Shown here in pieces: positions 42,401 to 50,887 of a stretch of DNA of 64,000 nt. A program made the position numbers and the translations under genes. Below the pieces are notes generated by a model, which saw nothing but the letters and a program-made list of their open reading frames with translations, did no database searches and was not told the DNA's origin. Numbering within the stretch: the first letter of the stretch is position 1; each line of letters begins with the position of its first letter. The stretch lies in assembly GCA_963666055.2 (NCBI GenBank), contig CAXWPH010000015.1, positions 960,001 to 1,024,000 of the forward strand. Direction: 5' to 3'. The DNA comes from Acidobacteriota bacterium. Lineage in GTDB: Bacteria; Acidobacteriota; UBA890; WLXD01.

Positions 42401-45165
42401 GGCGTGTTGCCGAGGAGCTCGTGGGGACCGCGTCGGTCACCTACGAGATGATCGGGTTGCTCGACAACAAGCACACTGACTCGGTGCGCATGGAGTCGGC
42501 AATCGGCAAGTATTACTGCACCGAGTCGGAGCACGACTGCATCGACTGGATGGAGCGGGCGCGCGGGCTCGAGGGCCAGACCTGGCTGCACCGCGTCGAG
42601 AAGACGCGGCGCGACGCTCGCGTGCTGAATATCTACGAAGGGACCAACGAGGTGCAGCGCTTTCTGCTGCTGAAAGACCTCGTCCAGCGCGTGCTGCCGC
42701 AGTGGCAACGCGGTGCCGGCGGTCTCGAGGGGCACGAGCTCGCCTATCCGGAGCTGGTTGCGGCGCTCGGTCAAGCCAGGCAGCGGTTGCTCCACCACGT
42801 CGAGGGCGCGGTGGAGAGCTTCGGTCAGCTGGTCTGGGCGAATGTCGGGTTGCAACCGTGCTTCTTCCGCTTGGCCGAGGTCGCCGGGCTGACCAAGGTG
42901 ATGGACGCAGTGCTCTACCGACTCGAGTGGAACGCACGGCACCAAGTCCCAGCCGAGCACCGGGCGCGTCTCGAGCGCGCCTCGCGGCTGGTCGTACAGC
43001 GCGCTGTTTCCCGCATCGAAGCGCTCGAGCGACGCTACGAGATCGCCCTGGCGTATCTCGTGGAGGGGCGGTACTCGCCGGAGACGCAGCTGGGATGTTT
43101 ATCTTTGGAGGAGACTGGAGCGCCGGCCGAGGGCTGGGGTCTCGTGCCCGACGATCTGATCGAGCAGCGGCAGCAGCCCGATCTCGCCCGCGACGTCGAG
43201 ATCGCCGTCTTGCTCAAATCGGTACCGGCGACGGCGCCGCGACCAAGGCTCGGCGATGGCGAGTTCGCCGAGCCGCTCCACCTTATCAATCCGGCGGATG
43301 AGGCTGCCCTGATGGCGGCGCTGACGCTCAAGAAACGCGATCCCGGACGCATCAAGGTCAGCGTCTACACGGTGGCGAGCGCCGCAGGAACCAGCGTCGT
43401 ACGTGCGGCACTCGCACTTGGCGCCGATCATGCCGTGCATCTCGATTCATCCGCCACCAACGGCGTTGGCTCGGCGCCACACGACGGGGACTACGTGACA
43501 CGTGTGATCGTTGCCGCGTTGAGTCGTCGACCCGCCGACCTGGTGGTCTGCGGCGCGCGCGCCGCCGATACCGGCCAAGGGGTGGTGCCCAGCTACCTGG
43601 CCGCGGCGCTGGGCAGCAAGGTCTATGGCGGCGTCGAGAGCCTGCGCTGGGGCGATGGCGCCGCCACGCGTCTGGAGATAGCCGCTGCCTCGTGGGAAGG
43701 CCACGAGCTTTCGGTTCGGCTCCCATGCGTTGTCGCAACCCTGCCGCGGCTCGGCGAAGCCGCCGACTACGATCTCGGCGCCTGGCTGAACGCTGCGACC
43801 GTCGAGATCGAGTGTCTCTCGGCCGCCGACCTGGTCGGGGATCTAGCCACGGTGTGTGTTCGTCATCGTGCGCGAGCGGTGGCAAGCAGCAACCGAGGCG
43901 ATTTACGCGTCGACTCGCCCGAGGATGCGGCCGGTGTGCTGCTCGATGTAGCCGGATTCGGAGCTGCGGCGACCGACCCGGCCAGAGCCTACGAAGATCG
44001 GATGTTGTCGATGGGTGAGCAGCCCGGCGACGACGCTGCCGGGAGCTGTCTGTTCGTTCTGGAGCCAGTCGGCGCCGAGCTCCCCGCAAGCGCCAACTCC
44101 GACCTCCGCCTCGCTGGCGATCTCGCCGACGGCGTTGGCATGGTGCTCGATGTGGTCGTACCCGTCGATACCGATCAAATTTCCGCGGGGATCGTGGCGG
44201 GCTCCGTGCTGGCCGCTGTGAGACCGCGTCGGCTGTACGTCGTAGCGCTGGTCGGAGTGGCTGGCTTCAGCGCCCATGGCCATCTCGAGTGGCTCGAGGA
44301 GTTCTGGGCGATGTATCGCGGTGAGCCCCGATGGCTGCTTGCGGCAACCTGGGCGAACGAGCTGTTCGCCCGCTTTGTGGTCGGCGGCGTTGCGAACACC
44401 GGAGCAGCCAGCGTTGCGGACACCGAGGCCGGTCGCTGCTGGAGCTGGCACAACGTCGAGTCAATCTCCAATAGCGACGGACACGCCCGCGTCGCTACGC
44501 GAATCTATGGGGGCGCAGCTCGTGCGGAGGCCGAGTTTCCGCTCGAGGGCGGCCTCCGCGTCCTCACCTTGGGGAGGACGGTGGAGCTCGATCTCGACGG
44601 TGGACGGAAGGTGGCTGAACGGGAGCACGAACCGCAGGTCTATCGGTGGTCGCCCGATTTGGAGTACGACCCCCGCGACGATCCGCTGGCCCGATTTCTA
44701 GCGAGCTTGGCGGGCGATAGGGACACTCTGCAGGACGCCGAGATCATCATCGACTTCGGCTACGGCGCCGGCGGTCGAGAGGGTATCGATGAGCTCGCCG
44801 AGCCGCTGCGGCAGCTGCTCGTCGATGAGATGGGCCTGCGCAACGTGATGATCGGGGCGACGCGAAAGGTGACACAGGACCTCGAGTTGCTTCCCGCCGA
44901 TCGCCAGATCGGGCAAACCGGTATATCGGTGAACCCGAAGCTGATCATTGCACTGGCGGTATCCGGTGCGCCGCAGCACGTTGATTACATCGGTGACCGA
45001 GCCGTAATCCTGTCGTTCAACGTTGACCCTGGCGCCCCGCTGATGAAGCTCAACGAGCAGCGTAAGGTACCCGTCGTGCATCCGATCGTCGGTGATGTCT
45101 GGGATACCGTGCCGCGGTTTGTCGAGGCGATTCGAGAGCACCTTCGCAAGGCGCGTCTGGCCTGA
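36457..45165 (+). CDS. 2902-aa fusion: FixC/ETF-QO-like flavoprotein, FixX ferredoxin, degenerate ACAD, catalytic ACAD, EtfB, EtfA
   Basis: GAGPAG FAD motif; CPA...CIKCESC; GRLQFPG and QIFGG; TEPTAGSD, KMWITNG and IYEGTNE; INPADEAAL, ALALGAD and DTGQGVVP; RQIGQTG and SGAPQH; single uninterrupted frame. Confidence 0.9.
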   Translation: MTTLPADRFDVIVVGAGPAGVTAAMALGRAGFSVLVCEAGIFPGAENWSGAVYFSENLEHPDAFGRDIVAAAPYERRLVERGAYLYNGHSLLGASLRSPDVFRSCYTVLRPVYDRYLAEVTREHGVILACETTVQSLIRHRGRVIGVHTERGPAYADVVFLAEGDASHLVTQEGYERASESDRAEGGPHFLQGVKEVISLPEDVLEERFGLEPGEGVAFEMLLRNASRKGRTARLNMGGFVYTNRDSLSLGFVLPLDNLRQHFEGDHNILMEWFKGLPEIARMIDGGELTSYGAKIIRGGGLKEIPRLVDDGLAIGGAASGIGLDFPYPNFTGPATAMGLYFAAAVRQIAADSGGLGRGGDSTRSPFTERALRQTYLEAVKSSHYYRGVQHLRDWPAYIERTQFFFEQQLDLVNNTAYIMSRPELGSWERYWSVVRLVRRVARGRKGSIMADCRDLAGAVGLGMLVRAAATPANLLRVLCNTVGAFLPRRSGTRVGLAETSDSAVAPAAGAGVAEARAHDGARLRALYRVMAGGEQPGRAPWLFRWYWRRFGGALASAFSDVYTNDDTDVADKLRSAARHLAGCLSIWDVAVVAGAGAVLIATSLKQAATEWFQHSVLRWEPRRFGEQLTNRLLADNHERIRLDDDHVAITTTYEAKLGTITYQAGRHSHIKVMWPAQIADRNNLSSSALWNICPAKVYEVRRNSAGQPGVVVNYENCIKCESCWRVTGDVHWSRATQQRLIYQTYTPAQQELHAYLVDRPEPQPRLGSRPGFLPALLDSVRDADASAPPGPSHAATRARLERARAALRCYRADLARSPSALEEGRRGHLRALLVAARDAFIDARRTWEAATSDAGSSAATRLLTPVWDDAAERLEQMQQHAEAHRFFWADVLARQLEDHHFTAILAVCGAAAARVDTDVGVSDDLCIKQQLEAVEWRRREAEPRNFEASRREVREGCKRWFDNHAVRALERGEPLSAGQADWLRDQIAAARPRRDGYGLREVVLEELAATDPALALIAASHLLAVDLLTQAGTQHAELQEARVVAATIHGGQRAARCLQGGGFEIDVCADFVPTALAQRYLVVVGSDGFLIDADDPRLVIEDVGSVGLIGARIRRPRGGHITVPAARRIDLSGVVDEVVLEAPAAGEPWAAVLGVALPGYLAMVRGSGRYLLQRAREHAAGRLQFPGAFEDEAGRDTIAKFGAVKQMLAEMEVHRYVLESITLTNPGGGDEWTGQAASKVLASQAFGPGDRSFSYNTGQIFGGTAFSEDDDIAKYYRDSAPCRFLLGHDDALRVQVGRRRLTAARSGGDLIPCSDAEHRWAARAAEHALLGEPARRYQAARLQTEEWASGLGRADDDLTAYAAGNIVIEVLAARSLLVRSMRRIYAGIPTEAMVEATRLVVDRLGAELPALIEAADLAPTTLIAGDELLENGDFAAVSIPDAESYESVYTADQPHESGEWLRDGFDPASPRCVPEILAHDPALARYRKQLETELRQRFEVPRFDGLPYGRYLEKLHMIPDEDLDYMVRRGFMRMPIARHLGGEGALKAEYYILSMLIGRYGDAALSLAIMGNTSIGTTPALIGLYQDLPRARAELERVRQHPEVLGDIRDRIDGVLAMLRRPNTEALAAATTEIGSLVNKRVAKSMVLKSLGGGFLRAFQAAVRAGQQRDLESFGTHLREARELLDDVLGAVEERLAEYPRRQRAHELFLKTISAGYISAFALTEPTAGSDSGGVKTMARAARRRLHRDDDGVLWFWLDEENELERRNLLDADRLEHDYDERRLLYRFADDAAPAHVDHSEYDYDKDAPERTRFYMHGARKVQFSDIGQLRTDAAGNSFYEYWVLNGAKMWITNGRFCHCMALYARTEPEGVTGFMVDRHAEGLVVGADEEKLGQRGSPTNELSLNNVRVPHEAIIGFRGRGQVNALETLNTGRAGLAVTTHSTIAELADDAIPYLRGEVAPGFEYSPRAPARPLERYWMGRVAEELVGTASVTYEMIGLLDNKHTDSVRMESAIGKYYCTESEHDCIDWMERARGLEGQTWLHRVEKTRRDARVLNIYEGTNEVQRFLLLKDLVQRVLPQWQRGAGGLEGHELAYPELVAALGQARQRLLHHVEGAVESFGQLVWANVGLQPCFFRLAEVAGLTKVMDAVLYRLEWNARHQVPAEHRARLERASRLVVQRAVSRIEALERRYEIALAYLVEGRYSPETQLGCLSLEETGAPAEGWGLVPDDLIEQRQQPDLARDVEIAVLLKSVPATAPRPRLGDGEFAEPLHLINPADEAALMAALTLKKRDPGRIKVSVYTVASAAGTSVVRAALALGADHAVHLDSSATNGVGSAPHDGDYVTRVIVAALSRRPADLVVCGARAADTGQGVVPSYLAAALGSKVYGGVESLRWGDGAATRLEIAAASWEGHELSVRLPCVVATLPRLGEAADYDLGAWLNAATVEIECLSAADLVGDLATVCVRHRARAVASSNRGDLRVDSPEDAAGVLLDVAGFGAAATDPARAYEDRMLSMGEQPGDDAAGSCLFVLEPVGAELPASANSDLRLAGDLADGVGMVLDVVVPVDTDQISAGIVAGSVLAAVRPRRLYVVALVGVAGFSAHGHLEWLEEFWAMYRGEPRWLLAATWANELFARFVVGGVANTGAASVADTEAGRCWSWHNVESISNSDGHARVATRIYGGAARAEAEFPLEGGLRVLTLGRTVELDLDGGRKVAEREHEPQVYRWSPDLEYDPRDDPLARFLASLAGDRDTLQDAEIIIDFGYGAGGREGIDELAEPLRQLLVDEMGLRNVMIGATRKVTQDLELLPADRQIGQTGISVNPKLIIALAVSGAPQHVDYIGDRAVILSFNVDPGAPLMKLNEQRKVPVVHPIVGDVWDTVPRFVEAIREHLRKARLA

Positions 45166-45211
45166 TTCACGGGGCCAGATCGCTGCGCGCCCCGCCGTCC
45201 AGATCGACCAT

Positions 45212-47404
45212 CTATTGCCAGCCGATGGCGATGTAGAAGCGGTTCCGGTTGCCTTCGGCCCAACCGTAATCGAGCTGCAGCGGCCCGATGGGGGTGGCCA
45301 CGGTCAGACCCAGCCCGCCGCCGACGATGGTCGTTTCGACGCTGATATCCGTGCGGCGCTGCCAAACACCGCCCGCCCCGAGACGCCCGTAGAGTCGAGC
45401 CACTGAAGCGAAGTCGATCCCCAGCTCCCCGGAAGCCGCCAGCGCCTGGTTGCCCCATAGCTCGTCGCGCGCCAGCCCGGGGACGAGCTCCGGGCCGCCG
45501 ACGCGGAACTGGTCGTAAATCGGTAGCGTTGATGAGGAGTATCCGTACAGCAACCGCCCTGTGAGGTTGACCCCGCCCAGCTGTACCGCACTGATGCCAT
45601 CGATGCGTACCCGCCAGTAGGGCGACGAGCCACCCAGACCCTCGAGATTGCGCTCCGCCTGTACCGAGTAGCGGTGCCCGCGAACCGGCGCGGCGAGCGA
45701 GCTGAGGCTGTCCCACACGTAGTTGGCGGTCAGCACGCGGTGCGGTCGTGTTTCAGCAACGTATGGAATGCCGAGGCGCTCGATAGTCTCAACCTCACCG
45801 GCGCGGACACCCAGCTGCAGCAGATGGTTAAAACCGAACGGCAGGTTGGCGCGCAGTGCCACGTGCCGGCGGCGAAACTCAGCCCTGGAGACGAACTCTC
45901 CCGCCTCGAAGACTTTCGGCTTCTCCTGGTGCAGCTCGACGTCGACCAGGTATCCGACGTGCGCGCCCAGGAACTGCTCGCCGTGCAACCGCACATCGAG
46001 CCTCAGATCCTTGGCGCTGGCCGCGCCGCCGACCTGCAGTCGATCACCGGGGCCGAATAGACTGCGGGTCTCGAAACGCACCATCGCCTGCGCCTGATCA
46101 TCGCTCTGGTATGCGAGGCCGAGGTCGACCGTGTGGCGGTATTCCTCCTGCACGAACAGGAGCAGCCGGATGCCGTTGGGGCCATCGGGCGCGAGGTCGA
46201 GCCAGGCACTCTGCAGGAGTCCCGAGGCGTACAGATGATCGAGGTCGGCGAGCGTCTGTTGCCAATCGAAGACCTCCCCGACATGCGCCCGAAATTCACG
46301 CCGGATGGCGCGGTCGGACAGGTACACGTTGCCGGTCACTTCCACGCCTCGCACAACGCGCTGGCCGAAGGCATGGTGATCGGTCGGGCTCCGTGTCACT
46401 AACGGGCGCCGCTTGAAGCGCTCCGGGATGCTGTCGAGTGCCGCCTCGGCGGCCTTGCGCCCAGCAGCGATCAGCTCGTCGATACGCGAGTAGTCAGCGA
46501 AGCTATGGCCCTCCAGGTCGGGCACGATGGTGACGTCGGCGGCTTCGCCGTAGCGGCTGTTGGTCGCCGCGGAGAGCAGATCGATGATGCGCTCGGTTAC
46601 CCCGAACAGGTCGGGGTTCACTGATTCGTCGATCGGAGTTGAGGCATCTACCGCCAGCGTGAACTCGGCCCCCATCTCCTTTGCCAGACTCACCGGGACG
46701 TTGTCGGCGAGCCCACCATCGACCAGCAGCGCCCCCTCCCAGGGCACCGGAGCATAGGCCAGCGGTACCGACATGCTGGCGCGAACGGCGCGCGCCAGGT
46801 CGCCTGCCAAGAGTTCCACGCGATCGCCGGAGAGCAGGTCTGTGCCGAGTGTGCGGAACGGAATCGAAAGCGCATCGAACTGCCGCCCGGCGTCGAAGTT
46901 GGCCGGCGCCAGGTGCTCGATCAGCAGACGATTCGCCATGTTGTCGCTCAGCAGGCTGCGCGGCGCGCGCAACCCATCTACGGTGATGCCGAGGCGGGCG
47001 CCAGCGCGTTGTCGCTCTAGTCGATGGAGAAGCGGCCGCAGCCGGCGGTTGTGAGAGTCGATGTACATGGTGCTCCAGCTCAGTCCCGACAGCAGGGCCT
47101 TGATCGCGGCATGCGAGTGGCCGGTGGCGTAGAGCGAGCCAATCACTGCTCCCATGCTGGCCCCGACGATGCAATCGGGCCGCACGCCATGTTCCTCGAG
47201 CACTTGCAGAACGCCCAGATGGGCAATGCTGCGCGCTCCACCGCCACTCAGCACCAGTCCGAGCCCGCAGGCAGAGGCATTCTCCGGCGTTCCCTCGGCA
47301 GGATTCTGCGCTCGCAGCTCGCCGGCAGCCAGAGTTCCGGGCAGCAAGACGCCCAGGAACCGGGCTGTCAAGAGCACCGAGCACCAAGCCGTGCGGTGCC
47401 TCAC
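45212..47404 (-). CDS. Patatin-POTRA-BamA/TamA barrel protein (PlpD-like)
   Basis: LSGGGARSIAHLG, GASMG, DGG; POTRA-like segment; TPIGPLQLDYG and terminal W barrel signature; GTG start at 47404 inferred. Confidence 0.88.
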   Translation of the reverse strand: MRHRTAWCSVLLTARFLGVLLPGTLAAGELRAQNPAEGTPENASACGLGLVLSGGGARSIAHLGVLQVLEEHGVRPDCIVGASMGAVIGSLYATGHSHAAIKALLSGLSWSTMYIDSHNRRLRPLLHRLERQRAGARLGITVDGLRAPRSLLSDNMANRLLIEHLAPANFDAGRQFDALSIPFRTLGTDLLSGDRVELLAGDLARAVRASMSVPLAYAPVPWEGALLVDGGLADNVPVSLAKEMGAEFTLAVDASTPIDESVNPDLFGVTERIIDLLSAATNSRYGEAADVTIVPDLEGHSFADYSRIDELIAAGRKAAEAALDSIPERFKRRPLVTRSPTDHHAFGQRVVRGVEVTGNVYLSDRAIRREFRAHVGEVFDWQQTLADLDHLYASGLLQSAWLDLAPDGPNGIRLLLFVQEEYRHTVDLGLAYQSDDQAQAMVRFETRSLFGPGDRLQVGGAASAKDLRLDVRLHGEQFLGAHVGYLVDVELHQEKPKVFEAGEFVSRAEFRRRHVALRANLPFGFNHLLQLGVRAGEVETIERLGIPYVAETRPHRVLTANYVWDSLSSLAAPVRGHRYSVQAERNLEGLGGSSPYWRVRIDGISAVQLGGVNLTGRLLYGYSSSTLPIYDQFRVGGPELVPGLARDELWGNQALAASGELGIDFASVARLYGRLGAGGVWQRRTDISVETTIVGGGLGLTVATPIGPLQLDYGWAEGNRNRFYIAIGWQ

Positions 47405-47453
47405 GTAGAGCCCGCTGCTGTTGACGCGAGCGACCCGTGACGGGCGTATCGCG

Positions 47454-47666
47454 TCAACGCTGGTAGGCAATGATGAGGAGCTTGCCGCTCGACCCGACCT
47501 GAAATTCCACGCCGTTGTCGGTGAGCTCCGCGATGGTGCGCTCGTAGTCGGCGCGGTCGCCGTAGGACAGCACGAGGCTGTCGCATCTGTCGCAGCAGGC
47601 GACCCGGCGGCGCTTCGCGAGGCTACGCGAAGCTTCTTGCTGACAACAATCGGCGAGAGCTTCCAT
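47454..47666 (-). CDS. Small cysteine-containing hypothetical protein
   Basis: 70-aa ORF (DCC...CCDRCD) filling the gap between oppositely oriented genes. Confidence 0.45.
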   Translation of the reverse strand: MEALADCCQQEASRSLAKRRRVACCDRCDSLVLSYGDRADYERTIAELTDNGVEFQVGSSGKLLIIAYQR

Positions 47667-47737
47667 GGTAAGTCGCATTCCATGACGCTGCCGGCAGTCG
47701 TGGCCGGCGGCTCGGTTCCGTTGATAGTATCGGAGCC

Positions 47738-48820
47738 ATGCGTACCGGCCATGTTGTCCCAGGGTCCTTGCTGTTGCCCGCCATCGCAGGCGCCCTAGCG
47801 CTCGGTTTCGTCGCCGCCAGTGCCGGCCTGGCGCGCCCCCAGGCTCTGCGGACAGACTCGGCGTTCGGCTTCAGGGTCGGTGAGGAGCGTCGCTATGTTC
47901 TCGGTCCTCCCGACGCCCTGGCAAGCGGCGAGGTGGCCGAGTGGTGGATCGTGTTCGACGGGCTCGTGGAGCAGGGCGACACCAGGCTCGCCGACTTCAG
48001 CTTCGGACACGAACGCCTCGAGCGGATCCCGGGGGCCTTGCGGGCGTCGGAGCAGCTCATGAGCGTGCAGGTGGAAGGTCACCTTCAGGTCACGCTGGAC
48101 GGATTTCCGGTGCGCGTGGAGTTCGAACAGCGCTTCGCCCAACGCGGCGAGAACCTTGCCGTCGACAGTCGACGCCACGTCGTCTTCACCTACAACAAAG
48201 AGGACAAGCGATTCCGCAAGGACCTTAGAATTGGCACCCGCGACTGGGATTTCAAGGTCAGCATTCCCGGCTACCGGAACATGGATCTCGACAAGCCGCG
48301 GGGCCTGTACGCCTGGATGCCATCGGCGCTGGCGTGTCTGGGGAGTGGGCGCAGGATATGCGTCGAGACAGACCCGGCGTTCGCCAACCCGGGGTTGCTG
48401 AGCATCGCCCTGCCGGCGCTGTTCGAGCACATCGATCCCGCCGGCGACGCCAAGAAGGTCGAGCGCGAGTTCATGTTCTTCATGCCTGCCGGGATCCCTG
48501 AGTCGCCATTCCGACCCGTGGGCGTAGGGAATTGGATGGCGCGAGAGCGCGACAACTTCGCCAATCGCGACCGCTACTTCGACACCTGGAAGCTCAAGCT
48601 CGGGCCCAGCACTGACGTGGAGGTCGGGCCGCGGACGATGCACGCGTGGGAGCTCGATGTCGGCTATGGAATCGACCAGGCGTACGTAGAGCCGGGCGGA
48701 CGCGTGGTGCGCGTCGATCTGGAAGCCACGATGGATAATGACAAGCGCTGGATCCGGCTGTTGTTCGCCTCGGAGGAGTTCACCTCGCCCGATGACCCGG
48801 CGCAGCGTTGCTGCCGCTGA
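47738..48820 (+). CDS. Hypothetical exported protein
   Basis: Signal-peptide-like N-terminus; 360-aa ORF with typical codon style; no recognised motif. Confidence 0.6.
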   Translation: MRTGHVVPGSLLLPAIAGALALGFVAASAGLARPQALRTDSAFGFRVGEERRYVLGPPDALASGEVAEWWIVFDGLVEQGDTRLADFSFGHERLERIPGALRASEQLMSVQVEGHLQVTLDGFPVRVEFEQRFAQRGENLAVDSRRHVVFTYNKEDKRFRKDLRIGTRDWDFKVSIPGYRNMDLDKPRGLYAWMPSALACLGSGRRICVETDPAFANPGLLSIALPALFEHIDPAGDAKKVEREFMFFMPAGIPESPFRPVGVGNWMARERDNFANRDRYFDTWKLKLGPSTDVEVGPRTMHAWELDVGYGIDQAYVEPGGRVVRVDLEATMDNDKRWIRLLFASEEFTSPDDPAQRCCR

Positions 48821-48904
48821 GTCCACCAGTGGGCTGCGCGGTGGTTCCAGAGTAGAATCCGACTCCACTGGATGTTTCCGTACTTTCGTCCTGAGGTGCG
48901 AGCG

Positions 48905-50218
48905 ATGGTCAACCGGCGTCAATTCCTCGGAGCGCTCTCCTGGCCGGCCGCTGCCGCATACGGTGGTGGTGCCTTTCTCAGCCCGGCTCGCCGAGCGCAT
49001 GCCATCGCCGCGTCGGAGGGGCTCGCGGCTCATCCAGGCGCCGCCGCCGAGCTCGCCGACGACGAGTACTTCTGGTACGACGTGCGCCAGTCGTTCAGCG
49101 CCGAGGCTGGCATCATCAACCTGAACTCGGGCGGCGTGAGCCCTTCGCCGTTGCCGGTACAGGAGGCGATGAAGCGCTACCTCGATTACTCCAACACTTC
49201 GCCCACCTATGCGATGTGGAAGATCCTCGAGCCGCAGCGCGAACAGGTTCGCGAGCGCTTGGCGATGGAGTGGGACACCGACGCCGAGGAGCTGGCGCTG
49301 GTGCGCAACGCCTCCGAGGGATTACAGATCTGCCAGTTGGGCATCGACCTGGAGCCTGGCGACGAGATCCTGACCACCAATCAGGACTACGGACGCATGA
49401 TCACCACCTACAAGCAGCGTGAGCGCCGCGAGGGCGTGGTGCTCAGGCAGATCTCGCTGCCGGTTCCGGCCGAGGACGACGATGAGATCGTCCGCCTGTT
49501 CGAAAGCAACATCACGTCGCGCACGCGCATCATCCACATGTGCCACATGATCAACCTCACTGGCCAGATCCTGCCGGTGGCCAAGGTCGCCAACATGGGC
49601 CGCCGACACGGCATCCCGGTGATCGTCGACGGTGCCCACTCACTGGCGCACTTCGACTTCACCATCGCCGATCTCGAGTGCGACTACTTCGCCACCAGCC
49701 TGCACAAGTGGCTGTTCGCCCCCCACGGCACCGGGCTGTTGTACGTGCGCCGCGACAAGATCAAAGACTTGTGGCCGCTGATGGCGGCGAACGAGAGGCA
49801 GGACGAGAACATACGCAAGTTCGAGGAGATCGGTACGCATCCGGCGGCCAACTACCTCGCCATCGGCGACGCCCTCACCTTCCATCAGGGCATCGGCTCC
49901 AAGCGCAAGGAAGCGCGGCTCGTTTATCTGCGCGACTACTGGGCCAACCGTCTGCAGGCGTTGTCCGACCGCGTCTACCTGAATACGAGCCAGGCGCCCG
50001 GCAAGGCTGCCGGGATCGCCAACGTGGGCGTCGAGGGCATCGACACGTCGGCGCTCAATGATTGGCTGTGGGCCGAGCACCGCATCATCACCGTGGCGAT
50101 CAACCACGCGGAGTTCACCGGCCTGCGCATCTCCCCGAGCGTGTTCACGACGCTCGAAGAGCTCGATCGGTTCTGTGATGCAATCGAGCACGCGGTGAAG
50201 AAGGGAATAAAAGTCTGA
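48905..50218 (+). CDS. Tat-exported class V PLP enzyme (isopenicillin N epimerase / cysteine desulfurase-like)
   Basis: NRRQFL twin-arginine motif; NLNSGG, VDGAH, TSLHKWLFAPHGTG. Confidence 0.85.
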   Translation: MVNRRQFLGALSWPAAAAYGGGAFLSPARRAHAIAASEGLAAHPGAAAELADDEYFWYDVRQSFSAEAGIINLNSGGVSPSPLPVQEAMKRYLDYSNTSPTYAMWKILEPQREQVRERLAMEWDTDAEELALVRNASEGLQICQLGIDLEPGDEILTTNQDYGRMITTYKQRERREGVVLRQISLPVPAEDDDEIVRLFESNITSRTRIIHMCHMINLTGQILPVAKVANMGRRHGIPVIVDGAHSLAHFDFTIADLECDYFATSLHKWLFAPHGTGLLYVRRDKIKDLWPLMAANERQDENIRKFEEIGTHPAANYLAIGDALTFHQGIGSKRKEARLVYLRDYWANRLQALSDRVYLNTSQAPGKAAGIANVGVEGIDTSALNDWLWAEHRIITVAINHAEFTGLRISPSVFTTLEELDRFCDAIEHAVKKGIKV

Positions 50219-50284
50219 GCAGGTCTCGGCCTTCACCTCGGGCCAACGCCCGTAGGTCCCTGTTCCAGGCCACTAGATGGAGCC

Positions 50285-50887
50285 CTATCCCCGCGGCGCT
50301 GGTGCCGCGAACGGTAGCGTCGTGCGGCGCTCGCCGGATCTCGAGTTCGTCGACCTGAAGAGCTCGAAGAAGCAGAAATAGATGCCGTCGACGTCCTTGT
50401 TTTTCTTCACGCTCTTGTGGCGCAACACGACGCGGACCACATCGCGCATCTTGCTGAGCGCAATAGGTTCGCACACGCGATCAGTATCGCCCCGCACCGC
50501 CTTGAGCTTGAACGAGTTGATGAGCTTGACTTCCTTGCCGTTTGCCTTGATTCCGACGAGCTGCCCATTGATGGTCACGCCCGTCCACGCGACCTGCAGG
50601 GCCGAACTGTCGGCAAGAGTACCGGCGACGTAGCGGAGGCAGAACGTCGCGTTCTTGTTGTCGTTCAGATCCGTTCTCGCCTGCCAGTCGCCATGCTCCA
50701 CCTGGACGTCGATGTCGTCGAACTCGATGGCGCCATCGCTTCCCTTGGCGCCGTCGCCTGCCTCGTGCACGATCGTGATCTGTTTGTTGACTGCGACCAA
50801 TGCGTCATCGGCGGCTCCCGGTGTCACGCCGAGCAACAGCACGAAGGCTACGGTTGCGGCGCTTCGGAACGAGATCCTTCTAGTCAT
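50285..50887 (-). CDS. Hypothetical secreted protein
   Basis: Signal peptide ending PGAA; GGAG-like RBS upstream. Confidence 0.6.
   Translation of the reverse strand: MTRRISFRSAATVAFVLLLGVTPGAADDALVAVNKQITIVHEAGDGAKGSDGAIEFDDIDVQVEHGDWQARTDLNDNKNATFCLRYVAGTLADSSALQVAWTGVTINGQLVGIKANGKEVKLINSFKLKAVRGDTDRVCEPIALSKMRDVVRVVLRHKSVKKNKDVDGIYFCFFELFRSTNSRSGERRTTLPFAAPAPRG

Noticed and set aside
47405-47752. 846-aa version of the patatin ORF starting at 47752
   Set aside because: The extension is non-protein-like, overlaps other ORFs, and a signal-peptide-like start exists at 47404
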